Of a DNA stretch of 64,000 bases, positions 36,157-46,092 are shown one piece after another. The translations under genes and the position numbers were made by a program. The stretch comes from Candidatus Latescibacterota bacterium. GTDB taxonomy: Bacteria > Latescibacterota > UBA2968 > UBA8231. The notes under the pieces were generated by a model. The model was given only the letters and a program-made list of their open reading frames with translations. It had not been told where the DNA came from and did no database searches. The stretch covers positions 3,296,001 to 3,360,000 of the forward strand of contig OZ241362.1 in the NCBI GenBank assembly GCA_965200315.1. The letters are read 5' to 3'. Position 1 is the stretch's first letter. Each line of letters opens with the position of its first letter.

Positions 36157-37683
36157 TCAAGGCGCGTACACATTGCGCGACCGGTACTGAAAAAAGATCA
36201 TCCGCCGATTCTGTTCCCCCGTCCACGGATAGGCTCCGTGCGCCTGCGCCGACCCGAGGAACAGCAGCACGTCGCCCGCCTTCATAGCCACGTGTTTAAC
36301 TAGGCCCATCTCGTTCTCACAGGTGCGAATGCCGTCGGGCATGGGATAGGCGGTTTTGTGCGAGCCGGGCACGCAGACAAAGCCTCCGTCGGCCGGCGTT
36401 ACATCGCGCAATTGCCAAGCCACGTTGAGGTATTCGGCGTACACGCGGCCATTCTGCTGGCGGTAGTGGTTGCTCACTTTGGCTGGCGTGGCGGCCGAGT
36501 GTAGAAAGTGCCCAGACGACCCTTTCCCGGAGAAGAAGCCGTTGCACATCATGCACTCGAAACCGCTGCCCATGATCCAGTTCAGGTGCTGGACGAGCGC
36601 TGGATTGGCGATCATGCGCTGGAACGGCTCGCCATAAGGCGCGGGCAATGCCCACGGGTTGCCCATGGACGAGCGGCCGACCCCGGTGCCAGCCAGCGGC
36701 TTTGAATCGCCGGCAGCCGATCCGCCGTGGCTTATGCGGTCGGGATTTTTGTCGATGGCTTCGTTGGCCGCGGCCAGCCATTCCTCGTCCATCACCCCCC
36801 GCAAAACGAGGTGGCCGCACAGATCCCAGTGGAAAAATTCCTTCTCGTCAATCGCGGAATCTGGGGCGCGGATATAGATCGAGGGATGGAAAACCCCTCG
36901 CTCCTCTGCCAGCCAAACCTTTTCGCCGTCCGAATGCACGACCGGCGGCGGGTACGGGCGGTTGGGATTGTGCAAGACGGTGCGCTCGATCTCGGTCAGC
37001 TCGTCGGCCCACTCGGGTAGCGGGCTGTCCTCGCCGTGGATTTCGGACGCTGCCCCCGGCCGCACACCCGTGCTGATGTACCCGCATTCGAGCAGGCGTT
37101 GCAGGCCCGCGCCCTGCCAAGGCCGCACCCCCCGCATCAGCGAGTCGGCGCAGAGCAGGAGGTCGCCCGCCTGCAAGACCGGCTGCTCGACGAGTCCCAT
37201 CGGGTCGGTTCCGTCCACTAGGTCTTGCGGGGCTGGCACTGTGCTGTTGTGGCTGGCCGGTACTACGACCAAACCTCCGTCCCCTGCGCCCACGTCTGAT
37301 AGTGCCCAGAAGGCTCGCACTCCTTGGCAGAAGCGATGTCCGTTGTACTGGCGGTACGCCCGCGACCAATCCACCCACTCGTCGCCCCCCGACAAATCTG
37401 TCTCCTTAGTGCATGATTCGACGAGTCGCGGCGATTCGTCGAGCCGGACCCCTTCGCCGCAAATCTGCTCCAGATACTGCATTAGCACTGGATGCTCGCG
37501 CAGGGCGCGCAAGGGATTGTGCATGGGCGACGTCCAGCGCAGCGGCTCGTTGTCAGACGCTAGCTGGTCCAAGGCTTGATTACAGGCGTTCAGTTCGGCT
37601 GCCGTCAGGACGCCGGGGACGATCATATACCCAGCCACGTCGAAGCGGTAGTTTTCTTCGTTGGTCATCGTCTTGTCGTCCAT
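36157..37683 (-). CDS. Tandem two-domain PhyH-family dioxygenase
   Basis: Two repeats of FD..GY / GG..CVPGSH / AGD.LL; domain 1 lacks both His ligands, domain 2 has LHSA...AHGA. Confidence 0.85.
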   Translation of the reverse strand: MDDKTMTNEENYRFDVAGYMIVPGVLTAAELNACNQALDQLASDNEPLRWTSPMHNPLRALREHPVLMQYLEQICGEGVRLDESPRLVESCTKETDLSGGDEWVDWSRAYRQYNGHRFCQGVRAFWALSDVGAGDGGLVVVPASHNSTVPAPQDLVDGTDPMGLVEQPVLQAGDLLLCADSLMRGVRPWQGAGLQRLLECGYISTGVRPGAASEIHGEDSPLPEWADELTEIERTVLHNPNRPYPPPVVHSDGEKVWLAEERGVFHPSIYIRAPDSAIDEKEFFHWDLCGHLVLRGVMDEEWLAAANEAIDKNPDRISHGGSAAGDSKPLAGTGVGRSSMGNPWALPAPYGEPFQRMIANPALVQHLNWIMGSGFECMMCNGFFSGKGSSGHFLHSAATPAKVSNHYRQQNGRVYAEYLNVAWQLRDVTPADGGFVCVPGSHKTAYPMPDGIRTCENEMGLVKHVAMKAGDVLLFLGSAQAHGAYPWTGEQNRRMIFFQYRSRNVYAP

Positions 37684-37809
37684 GAGGTCCTCCTCGCCGT
37701 TCGCCTTGTGTGGACACCGATCCCTTTGTGCTTACCCGGCAATTTGGTATCATAGTAGCCCGTAAAAAAATGACGCGCAACTAATGACTTATAGCAGAGG
37801 AAGCCCACC

Positions 37810-38814
37810 GTGAAAATCACCCAAGTAGAACTGTACGAAGTCGAAATCCCGCCGATCCCGGCCATCGCCCGTTACTATCCCAAGATCTACGACATCACCC
37901 TCTGTCGCGTGCAAACGGACGAGGGCTGGGAGGGCTGGGGCGAGTTCATCGACAAAAAGTCTGTCGGTCAGGAGCAAGCCGATGTGCTGGTGGGCCAAGA
38001 CCCGCTGGCTTTGGACCCGTACGACCGTCCCGATGCCTTCACCTGTGCGCTGCTCGACATTGCGGGCCAAGCCTACGGCATTCCGCTGCACCGTTTCTTC
38101 GGGGCGCAGGTGCGCGACAAGGTGCCGGTGTCGTACTGGTCTTGCCCGATGACGCCAGAAGAGACTGCAGCCGAAGCGGCAATAGGGGCCGAGCAGGGCT
38201 TTAGCAACCACAAGCTCAAGGCGCGCTCGTGGAATATCGTCGAGACGGTGCGGCTGATGAAAGAAGTGGCGGGGGCCGACTACACGGTTGGCATTGATCC
38301 CAATACTGAATTTTCCCTGCTGCCCACTGGTGCGCGTTTGGCGAGCGAATTGGAGCCTTTTGGCACGGTGTCGGTCTTTGAAGATCCCATCCTCAAAAAC
38401 AACCTCGAATGGTACCGCATCCTGCGCGAGAAGACCCACATCCCCATTGCCCTGCACTTGGGGTCGCCGTCCGGCGTACTGGCGGCGCTCAAGGCCGAGT
38501 GCATCGACTACGTGAACTTGAGCGGCTCGGCGCTGCAAGTGCGGCAGGCGGCGGCGCTGGCGGAAGCTGCGGATGTACCCTGCTGGGTCCAGATGGGCGG
38601 ATTGTGTACCGGGGTGCTGGCGGCCTACTCGGTGCATTTGCAGGCGACGCTGCCCAACGCCACACTGCCCTGCGACGAGCTGCCCTTTACGCGAGAGGCC
38701 GATGTTGTGGCCGAGGGGTTGGCACTGGAGAAGGGGCACTTTGCCGTGCCCACAGGGCCGGGGTTGGGGATCAAGGTCGATATGGAGGTAGTGGAGCGCT
38801 ATCGAGTCGCTTAG
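37810..38814 (+). CDS. Mandelate racemase/muconate lactonizing enzyme family protein
   Basis: ALLDIAGQ, HKLKAR, IDPN, FEDP, VPTGPGLGI. Confidence 0.88.
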   Translation: MKITQVELYEVEIPPIPAIARYYPKIYDITLCRVQTDEGWEGWGEFIDKKSVGQEQADVLVGQDPLALDPYDRPDAFTCALLDIAGQAYGIPLHRFFGAQVRDKVPVSYWSCPMTPEETAAEAAIGAEQGFSNHKLKARSWNIVETVRLMKEVAGADYTVGIDPNTEFSLLPTGARLASELEPFGTVSVFEDPILKNNLEWYRILREKTHIPIALHLGSPSGVLAALKAECIDYVNLSGSALQVRQAAALAEAADVPCWVQMGGLCTGVLAAYSVHLQATLPNATLPCDELPFTREADVVAEGLALEKGHFAVPTGPGLGIKVDMEVVERYRVA

Positions 38815-38953
38815 AAGCGTTCTTAAAAGGGTTTTGGCCTCGCCCCCGAAAAACCCAATAAGCGGCGTATTTCGGGGGCAAGATGCCTTCGGGCCCGGGG
38901 GAGTTGCGCCGTGTGCCATTCTTCAAGCCCCGCAACTTAGGTAGGATTGCTAT

Positions 38954-39880
38954 ATGAAGCTGTTGACTAGGGACTCATTCAAAAAAGCAAGGACTTTCGT
39001 AATGGAGCAGGGCCGGGAATTAGAAAGACGGCTTCTATCCTATTATTTCAATGATGGAACTCCAGCCGCGGTCCTCGACGAACTTGCTAGCTATCAGAAT
39101 CAGGATGGCGGTTTCGGCAATGGCCTTGAACCCGATCTCCAATTGCCCAATTCATCTGTTATCACGACGACTATTGCGCTGCGCATTCTCAGAGAGGTCA
39201 CAGCGCCGAGTAATGATGAGATGGTCCGCAAGGCAATCCAGTATTTGCTGGCTGAATACGATTCGACCCAGAGCAGATGGCCTATCGTCCCGCAAGCGGT
39301 GGATGAATATCCCCATGCGCCATGGTGGAATTTTGAGAATACGGCGGATACTTTTGGTAATTTCCTAGCCAATCCTCGGGCGGAGGTCGTGGGCTATCTA
39401 CATGAATATCACGGGTTGGTCCCTACAGACCTGACTAAACAGCTCACGGTAGATGTCATAGAGCATATAAACACATTACCAGATGCAATGAACATGTACG
39501 ATTTTATCTGCTGTGTTCATCTGGTTGAGACGGCTGCCCTGCCCCAATCCTCAAAAGATATGCTGGCGGAAATACTGATTCAGAGAGCGCACCACATCGT
39601 CGTTCATACGCCGGAAGAATTGATGCAACCCTCTGCCAGACCGCTCTGGTTAGCTCCTACGCCCGCCTCGTTGCTAGCAGAGACATTGAAGAGCGAAGTA
39701 GATATGAATTTGGATTTTGATATTGAGCATCAAAATTCAGATGGCTCTTGGTCTCCTACTTGGACTTGGTATGGCCAGTATTCAGAAGCTTGGGAGCAAG
39801 CCGAACAGCATTGGAAGAGTTGTTTGACCGTTGAGATACTAAAAGCGTTAAAAGAATTTGGGAGGATTGAAGGTCTTTAG
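38954..39880 (+). CDS. Prenyltransferase/squalene-cyclase-repeat-like hypothetical protein
   Basis: YQNQDGGFGNGLEPD, HAPWW, QNSDGSW; lower GC than neighbours. Confidence 0.75.
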   Translation: MKLLTRDSFKKARTFVMEQGRELERRLLSYYFNDGTPAAVLDELASYQNQDGGFGNGLEPDLQLPNSSVITTTIALRILREVTAPSNDEMVRKAIQYLLAEYDSTQSRWPIVPQAVDEYPHAPWWNFENTADTFGNFLANPRAEVVGYLHEYHGLVPTDLTKQLTVDVIEHINTLPDAMNMYDFICCVHLVETAALPQSSKDMLAEILIQRAHHIVVHTPEELMQPSARPLWLAPTPASLLAETLKSEVDMNLDFDIEHQNSDGSWSPTWTWYGQYSEAWEQAEQHWKSCLTVEILKALKEFGRIEGL

Positions 39881-39913
39881 AGACGATACTATCAATCTCA
39901 TTCAGACCGTCTT

Positions 39914-41326
39914 ATGAAACGAGAAGACTACTTTCGCTGGGCTGAGCGAGCTGCTCGGTGGGGAGCCGAGTACCTAACCACTCTTGATGAGCGGCCCGTT
40001 CGGGCGCAGACCGAGCTAGGTGCGATCGCTGCGATGCTGCCGTTAGCACCGCCGGAAGAGCCGGTAGATATGGAGACGATCTTCGCCGACTTTGAGCGCA
40101 TCGTACCCTACGGCATGACGCACTGGCAACACCGGCGTTTCTTTGCGTACTTCAGCGCCAACGCCGCGCCGGTTTCGATGATCGCCGAAAATTTGACGGC
40201 GGTCATGGCGGCCCAGTGCATGCTCTGGCAGACCTCACCTGCCGCTACGGAGATTGAGACCCGGATGGTCGATTGGATGCGGCAAGCCCTTGGGCTGCCG
40301 GAAGGGTTTCAGGGGGTTATCCAAGGCTCGGCAACGTCGGCAAATGTTTGCGCCGTATTAACGATGCGCGAGCGTGCGCTAGGCTGGCGAGGGATCGATT
40401 CTGGAATGGTGGGGGAGAAACAGCTCCGGGTCTATGCCTCACCGGAGACCCACTCGTCGATTGACAAGGCGATCCGAATCGCCGGTATCGGCCAACAGCA
40501 TCTCGTCAAAGTCCCGACCGATGGTTCTTGGGCGCTCGATCCAGAGGCGCTCCGCCGGGCGATCGAGGCTGACCGCACGGCGGGTTTTCTCCCGGCTGGC
40601 GCCGTCCTTTGCGTTGGGGGTACGTCGATCGGCGCGTCCGACCGCATGCACCAGACCATTGAAGTGGCACGGGAGCACGATCTCTACGTCCACGTCGATG
40701 CCGCGTGGGCCGGTTCTGCCATGATCTGTCCTGAGCTACGGGCATTGTGGGAGGGCGTCGAGGGAGCCGACAGCATCGCCTTCAATCCCCACAAGTGGCT
40801 CGGTGCACAATTCGACTGCTCGGTCCAGTTTCTCGCGGACCCAGAACCGCAGATTCGCACCCTTGGCGTCCGTCCAGATTACCTGCAAACCCTCGGCCAA
40901 ACCGAGGTCACCAATTACAGCGAGTGGACGATCCCCTTGGGACGCCGATTCCGTGCGCTCAAGCTCTGGTTCCTCCTCCGTGCGCACGGTCTTGAAGACC
41001 TTCGCCAGCGCATTCGGAACCACATTGCTTGGGCTGAGGAGGCCGCCGCGGCGATCGCATTGCTGGACGGCTTTCGCCTGACGACGGCCTGCCACCTTTC
41101 GCTCTTCACGTTCCAGTACGCCCCCGACGGCGAGGACGCCAACGATGCCACCGAGCGCCTGCTCCGTGCGGTCAACGACGACGGCCGGATCTATCTGACG
41201 CAGACAATCCACGAGGGCCAGTTCGTCATCCGCTTCCAGGTCGGGCAGTTCGACTGTAGAAGGGAAGACGTGCTCTTGGCGGTCGATGTGCTGCGGGAAC
41301 TGGCTCACGTGACAGAGCGAGATTAA
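39914..41326 (+). CDS. PLP-dependent group II decarboxylase (aromatic-L-amino-acid decarboxylase-like)
   Basis: THWQH..FFAYF, SPAATE, HSSIDK, HVDAAWAG, FNPHKW (PLP lysine), LGRRFRALKLW. Confidence 0.93.
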   Translation: MKREDYFRWAERAARWGAEYLTTLDERPVRAQTELGAIAAMLPLAPPEEPVDMETIFADFERIVPYGMTHWQHRRFFAYFSANAAPVSMIAENLTAVMAAQCMLWQTSPAATEIETRMVDWMRQALGLPEGFQGVIQGSATSANVCAVLTMRERALGWRGIDSGMVGEKQLRVYASPETHSSIDKAIRIAGIGQQHLVKVPTDGSWALDPEALRRAIEADRTAGFLPAGAVLCVGGTSIGASDRMHQTIEVAREHDLYVHVDAAWAGSAMICPELRALWEGVEGADSIAFNPHKWLGAQFDCSVQFLADPEPQIRTLGVRPDYLQTLGQTEVTNYSEWTIPLGRRFRALKLWFLLRAHGLEDLRQRIRNHIAWAEEAAAAIALLDGFRLTTACHLSLFTFQYAPDGEDANDATERLLRAVNDDGRIYLTQTIHEGQFVIRFQVGQFDCRREDVLLAVDVLRELAHVTERD

Positions 41327-41386
41327 AGCGATTTAGTAAATCTACCCCTCTAACCGAGGAGAATAAACACGAGGAAGCCAACCTCA

Positions 41387-41467
41387 ATGGAAAAGCGGAC
41401 TGAACGCCTGCGCCTGAGGGAGTTCACCAAACAAGACGTGGACGCCGTCGCCGATTTTAGGAGGTAG
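41387..41467 (+). pseudogene. RimJ/RimL-type GNAT N-terminal fragment
   Basis: MEKRTERLRLREFTKQDVDAVADFRR*. Confidence 0.45.
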
Positions 41468-41587
41468 AGGCGAATTTGTGGATCGCATATTGCCCGAGCG
41501 GTATGTATTTCTCTTGAATCGGGACAAATGGCTCCACAGTGTATAAGGAACATGGAATGAGTCAGCATTTAGCTCGGAGACAAAACT

Positions 41588-41950
41588 GTGAGCATACACC
41601 TCATCACTTCGATGGTTCCGATAACCAATTTGGATCGAGCTATAACCTTCTACTCACAAGGGCTAGGTCTGCAAGTCATCCACCGCAGAGACGAGTGGGG
41701 CCATGCCGTGCTGGAAGGTGAACGCGGCTGCCAAGTGATGATAGACCGATCAATACGCACGGAATCGAACGCCGCAACCGTCGTTTACTACCATACGTCC
41801 GATATTGCAACGGTGCGAGACCGCTTGGTTGCCGCTGGTTTTGACCCCAATCCCATCGGTGTAACGTTCTACGACATGACAGAATTTCGAGTTCGCGATC
41901 CCGATGGCAATGAGGTCTGGGTCGGTGCAAGCGAGGCTCCCGCTGACTAA
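41588..41950 (+). CDS. VOC/glyoxalase-family protein
   Basis: NLDRAITFYSQGLG...EFRVRDPDGN. Confidence 0.85.
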   Translation: MSIHLITSMVPITNLDRAITFYSQGLGLQVIHRRDEWGHAVLEGERGCQVMIDRSIRTESNAATVVYYHTSDIATVRDRLVAAGFDPNPIGVTFYDMTEFRVRDPDGNEVWVGASEAPAD

Positions 41951-41957
41951 CAAAGCG

Positions 41958-42410
41958 CTATCCCCGGTGCAGGACCTGCCCGCCCCGCGCCCCGGTCCAC
42001 GCCCCGTCTTCGAGCGTGGGCACACCGTTGACCAGCACGTGGACCATGCCCTCGGCAGTGAGATTGGGAGCGGCGATTGTGCCCCGTTCGCGGAAGGTCT
42101 GACCGTCAAACACGGCTAGGTCGGCCCAAGCGCCTAGGCGGATCGTCCCCCGGTCTTTCGAGGGTCACCCCTTGGGCAATCGAACTCATGGCCCGAGGGT
42201 CGGCCAGCAGAGTAAAATCGGAATGACTGTGGATGTCGATAAAACCCGGCGCGACCCACAGACCCGCCGCCTCCAGCACCCGGTCTGCGGTCCCGGGCCA
42301 GCGAGGTTCCACGTGTGCAATGCGGCCGTCTTTGATCGCCACATCCGCGCTCAGGGGCGCTTTGTCCGTGCCGTCGATTACGGTGCCGCCCCTGATGAGC
42401 AGATCCGCTG
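41958..42410 (-). pseudogene. N-acyl-D-amino-acid deacylase (amidohydrolase) with its centre deleted
   Basis: N-terminal LLIRGGTVIDGT...APGFIDIHSHSD...QGVT joined almost directly to C-terminal VFD...GMVHVLVNG...TGARGGQVL*. Confidence 0.75.
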
Positions 42411-43023
42411 GCGCTGGGCTCTTGGCGGCTCAGCCGCCCTCCGCCGTGCAAAAAGAAGCGGGTGTACTGGGTCCTCTCTAGGGGCCACGCCTCTTCGCCC
42501 CGCCAAACATTTTCCCCCATGACGAACAACTGCACAGGTGCCTCCCGGTCAATGCCGCTGTCTAGGCCCTTGAGTCGCTGATCGTACCAGCGCAAATGCG
42601 CCTGCGGCATATCCACCCGGGCCGCGGGTCCAAAGTCCACATCGCCAAAGGGATCGTCGCTGCCGATCAGCGTATGGGTCCACGGCCCCACCATGAGGCG
42701 CGATTGCTCGCGGGCTCCCCGCCCCCTAGCCTGTTGCCGCCAGCCCTTGAAGCACTTGAAACCTTCGTGCAGCAAATTGTCGTACCAGCCCGTGATGAAA
42801 TAGGCCGGCCCGACTCGTACCGGCCCCGGCTGTCCTGCATGAGCACGGCGTACCCTTCTGCCACAAAGCGCCGGGGCCACTCCACGTAGCGGGGATGCTG
42901 GGTGCTGTAGGGTGAGCGGATCAGTAGCACGGGGAAGCGCTCTCCCGCGGCCGGCCGGTACAGGGCTCCGTAGAGCCGCACTCCGTCGCGCATGGGTATC
43001 GAAATATCGAGTTGAATGCGCAT
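42410..43023 (-). pseudogene. CocE/NonD-family hydrolase with internal deletions
   Basis: IPMRDGVRL...RSPY...QDSRGRYES, then a frame change to GWYD...GPWTH...FVMGENVWR...WP; the GxSY nucleophile region and C-terminus are missing. Confidence 0.75.
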
Positions 43024-43240
43024 CCTCTCAGTACCTCTTGTCTTTGCCGAGGGGCTCGCCAGCGAGAAAGTGACGCAGATGGCCACCACATTGGTCTGGC
43101 CTTTACGGCGATTTAAGGTAGTTTAGCAGAAAAGTTGAGACAAGACAGTCCAATGGCCACCACTCGCCCCGCCAACTGGAATCGCATGAATCGCCACTTA
43201 GTATCAGCAACAGCAATGAAGAGAAGAGGATTTTGTCGAA

Positions 43241-43582
43241 ATGATGTTCAGGATTCGAAGATATCAGGTCGTCCCCGGCAAGACGGAAGCGTTCAACAAC
43301 TTCTTCCTAACGAGACTGTTTCCCGTCCAGAAGAGATACGGAGCCCGTCTCGTCGGTCGTTTTCAAACAGACGCTGGGCTTCAGATCGTCGCGGTATGGG
43401 TTTATCAGAGCTTTGACCACTACAAAGAAGTGCAGGGCTTGGTCGCCGAGGATGCCGACTCGATTGCGGCTCAAGAGTATCGACGACAGGAGTTGGATCC
43501 GCTTTTTACAGAGACGGATGAGTACTTTATGACCTCGACTGTACCAATGGCATTGACGGAACTTTCTCATTTGGAAGCATGA
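43241..43582 (+). CDS. NIPSNAP-family protein
   Basis: RIRRYQVVPGKTEAF...GARLVGRF; ~113 aa. Confidence 0.75.
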   Translation: MMFRIRRYQVVPGKTEAFNNFFLTRLFPVQKRYGARLVGRFQTDAGLQIVAVWVYQSFDHYKEVQGLVAEDADSIAAQEYRRQELDPLFTETDEYFMTSTVPMALTELSHLEA

Positions 43583-43637
43583 GTGCGAGAACGGGTATTC
43601 GATTTTTCTTCGCCGTAGATCAAAACACAAAAAGAAA

Positions 43638-43754
43638 ATGGTAGTCCTAGAGCCGTTTAGCGAAGCAGACTGCGACAGGTTGACAGATTGGATTCCATCC
43701 AGTGACTTTCTTTTGCAATGGGCGGGGCCGGACTTTGAGTATCTTGAGGCATGA
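43638..43754 (+). pseudogene. GNAT acetyltransferase N-terminal fragment
   Basis: MVVLEPFSEADCDRLTDWIPSSDFLLQWAGPDFEY*. Confidence 0.5.
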
Positions 43755-43816
43755 ATGGGAAAGCAGTAGAGACGAACTAAGGACGGAACAGAAGTGATGT
43801 GGAGGTCTACCCAGAG

Positions 43817-44650
43817 ATGACCCACCCCCTCGTCCAAGCGGTCCTCACTCCCGAGGATCAAGCACTTTTTGAACAGCAGGGCTATCTCCTCGTCGAAGAT
43901 GCCCTGCCTCCCGATGTGCTTGCTGAACTCAACGAGGCCACTGATGCGCTCTACGTGCGCGACGCCGACGCTGGCCGGCTCGAAAAGGGCGGCAAGCTCA
44001 ACATGCGCAACTGCATCGTCGAGCACCCCGCCTTTCTCCAACTCCTCGACTGGCCCAGCACAGTCCCGCTGGCTTGGCAGCTCCTCGGCTGGAACATCCA
44101 GATGCTCACCTCGCACTTGATCGTCCTGCCTTCGGGCGACGAGCCGGCTGAAGACGAAAAAAACAAGCTTGGCTGGCATCGCGATGGCGGCACCTCGCCC
44201 CGCGAGATGAGCGAGCCGCACCCGCGAATTCTGCTCAAGATCGCCTATGCCCTCAGCGACCAGACCTCCCCAGCCTCGGGGGCCACTTGGATCGTGCCCG
44301 GCTCCAACCGCCTGCTCGGACGCCCGGCCACAGACCCCAAGACTGGTCTGCCATACGGCGCACAGGCGATGAATATCCGCGCTGGCTCGGCCTTCCTGTT
44401 TGAGCAGCGCACCTATCACTCTATCGGCCACAACTGGGCAGGCTTCCCGCGCAAGACCGCGTTCTTTGGCTATGGTTATCGCTGGATCAAACCCATGGAC
44501 TATATCGCCATGCCCGACGAACTCGTCGCCCGCTGCAATCCGATCCAAAAGCAGCTCATTGGCATCGTCGGAGATCCCTTGAGCTACTACTTGCCTCAGG
44601 ACGAAGATGTGCCGCTCAAGGCACTCGTCGAAACGGAAGCGGATCAATAG
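43817..44650 (+). CDS. PhyH-family Fe(II)/2OG dioxygenase
   Basis: FEQQGYLLVEDAL, WHRD, IVPGS, TYHS. Confidence 0.9.
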   Translation: MTHPLVQAVLTPEDQALFEQQGYLLVEDALPPDVLAELNEATDALYVRDADAGRLEKGGKLNMRNCIVEHPAFLQLLDWPSTVPLAWQLLGWNIQMLTSHLIVLPSGDEPAEDEKNKLGWHRDGGTSPREMSEPHPRILLKIAYALSDQTSPASGATWIVPGSNRLLGRPATDPKTGLPYGAQAMNIRAGSAFLFEQRTYHSIGHNWAGFPRKTAFFGYGYRWIKPMDYIAMPDELVARCNPIQKQLIGIVGDPLSYYLPQDEDVPLKALVETEADQ

Positions 44651-44660
44651 AGGAGTACAA

Positions 44661-45419
44661 ATGGATAGCGTACGCGCATTGGACGCCTTGGGCGTCCGCG
44701 ACGACCTGCTGACCGAGCAGAACAGAAACGACCTCGACGAGAAGGGCTACACGGTACTCCCGGATATCATCGGCGACGAATGGCTTGCAGGACTGCGCAC
44801 CCGCTTTGAGGATCTGTGCGAGAAAGAAGGAGTCCACGCCGGTATTGAAGTCCATCAGGAGCAGGGCACTCGCCGCCTCTCCGACCTCTGCAACAAGGGG
44901 CCGGTCTTCGACCGCGTCTATACTCACCCCAAGGTGCTGGCCGCTATCCACCACGTCATCGGCCGTCCCTTCAAGCTCTCCTCGCTCAACGCCCGCGACG
45001 CCCTGCCCGGCGAGGGGTTACAGGGGCTGCACGCCGACTGGGGAGCAGACTACGACGGCCAGTTTCACGTCTGCAACTCGATCTGGCTGCTCGACGACTT
45101 CAGCGCGGAAAACGGCTGTACTCGGCTAGTGCCCGGCTCGCACAAGGGCCTGCACCCACGCAATGTTTTGGCAGACGCGCAGGCCCCCCACCCCGACGAA
45201 GATCTGCTCATCGCCCCGGCCGGCACGGTCGTCGTCTTCAACAGCCACACCTGGCACGGCGGCACCCGCAACCACAGCAAGGACCGGCCGCGCCGCGCCA
45301 TGCACTGCTACTTCACCGCCCGCGAGCACGGCCAGCAGCTCAACCAGCGCGAATACCTGCGCTACGAAACTTGGAAGCGCATCTCGCCAGCGGCGCGCTA
45401 TATCCTCGATGTGGATTAG
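44661..45419 (+). CDS. PhyH-family Fe(II)/2OG dioxygenase
   Basis: LDEKGY, LHAD, LVPGSH, WHGG, RRAMH; AGGAG RBS. Confidence 0.9.
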   Translation: MDSVRALDALGVRDDLLTEQNRNDLDEKGYTVLPDIIGDEWLAGLRTRFEDLCEKEGVHAGIEVHQEQGTRRLSDLCNKGPVFDRVYTHPKVLAAIHHVIGRPFKLSSLNARDALPGEGLQGLHADWGADYDGQFHVCNSIWLLDDFSAENGCTRLVPGSHKGLHPRNVLADAQAPHPDEDLLIAPAGTVVVFNSHTWHGGTRNHSKDRPRRAMHCYFTAREHGQQLNQREYLRYETWKRISPAARYILDVD

Positions 45420-45495
45420 TGTGCGGCGGCCGGCCGCTCTGTAGCGGCGCCCCGGCTGGCTGGCCCTTTTTTTTCTCCGGATTGCTAAAGCGCCA

Positions 45496-45993
45496 ATGGG
45501 CATCCTCGACCGCTTCTCCCTCCTCGGCCGTAAGGCACTGGTCACCGGCGGCGGCTCTGGCATTGGGCAGGCTCTTGCCGTCGCCCTCGCCGAGGCCGGT
45601 GCGGATGTGGCCATCGCCGACATTGACTCCGCTGGTGCCGCTGATACTTGTGCTCGGATTGAAAATCTCGGTCGCCAGGCTCTAGCCATCGCTACAGATG
45701 TCACCGCCAAGGACCAAGTCGAAAACATGATCCATACCGTCCTCGCCGCTTGGGACCAGGTGCTCGACATCGACCTCAAAGCCGTTTTCCTCTGTTGTCA
45801 GGCCGAGGGTCGCGCCATGCTCCAGCGTGGCTCCGGCTCGATCATCAACGTCGTCTCGGTCTCGTCCCACATCGTCAACCGCCCCCAACTGCACGGCCAC
45901 TACAACGCGGCCAAGGCAGGGGCCTACCAGCTAACTAGAGTGTGCGCCGCTGAATGGGCCGCCCGCGGCGTCCGCGTCAATTCGCTCTGGTAA
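45496..45993 (+). pseudogene. SDR oxidoreductase with internal deletion and 3' truncation
   Basis: VTGGGSGIG and YNAAK present; the GxxDxLVNNAG segment is missing (AAW|DQVLD); stops at GVRVNSL. Confidence 0.8.
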
Positions 45994-46092
45994 GGGGCTA
46001 GTCGTAGTATTTTCTTTCACCCCTAATTTGAGAAACCACGACCTGCGTAAATTTAATTTGTGTAGGTAATGTTACCTTACTAATATGTGCCT

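Noticed and set aside
37789-38919. 376-aa minus-strand ORF
   Set aside because: Antisense to a clear enolase-superfamily gene.
38811-38940. Second copy of the TTA-GAAGCG MITE
   Set aside because: Begins similarly (TTAGAAGCGTTCTTAAAA) but has no matching right TIR; only an internal CCCCCGAAA/TTTCGGGGG hairpin.
38954-41326. Secondary-metabolite cluster (cyclase-like protein plus decarboxylase)
   Set aside because: The 308-aa protein lacks the DxDD cyclase motif and is too short; the two genes differ in composition and no other biosynthetic genes adjoin.
43307-44647. 446-aa minus-strand ORF
   Set aside because: Antisense to the PhyH and NIPSNAP genes; no recognisable domain.
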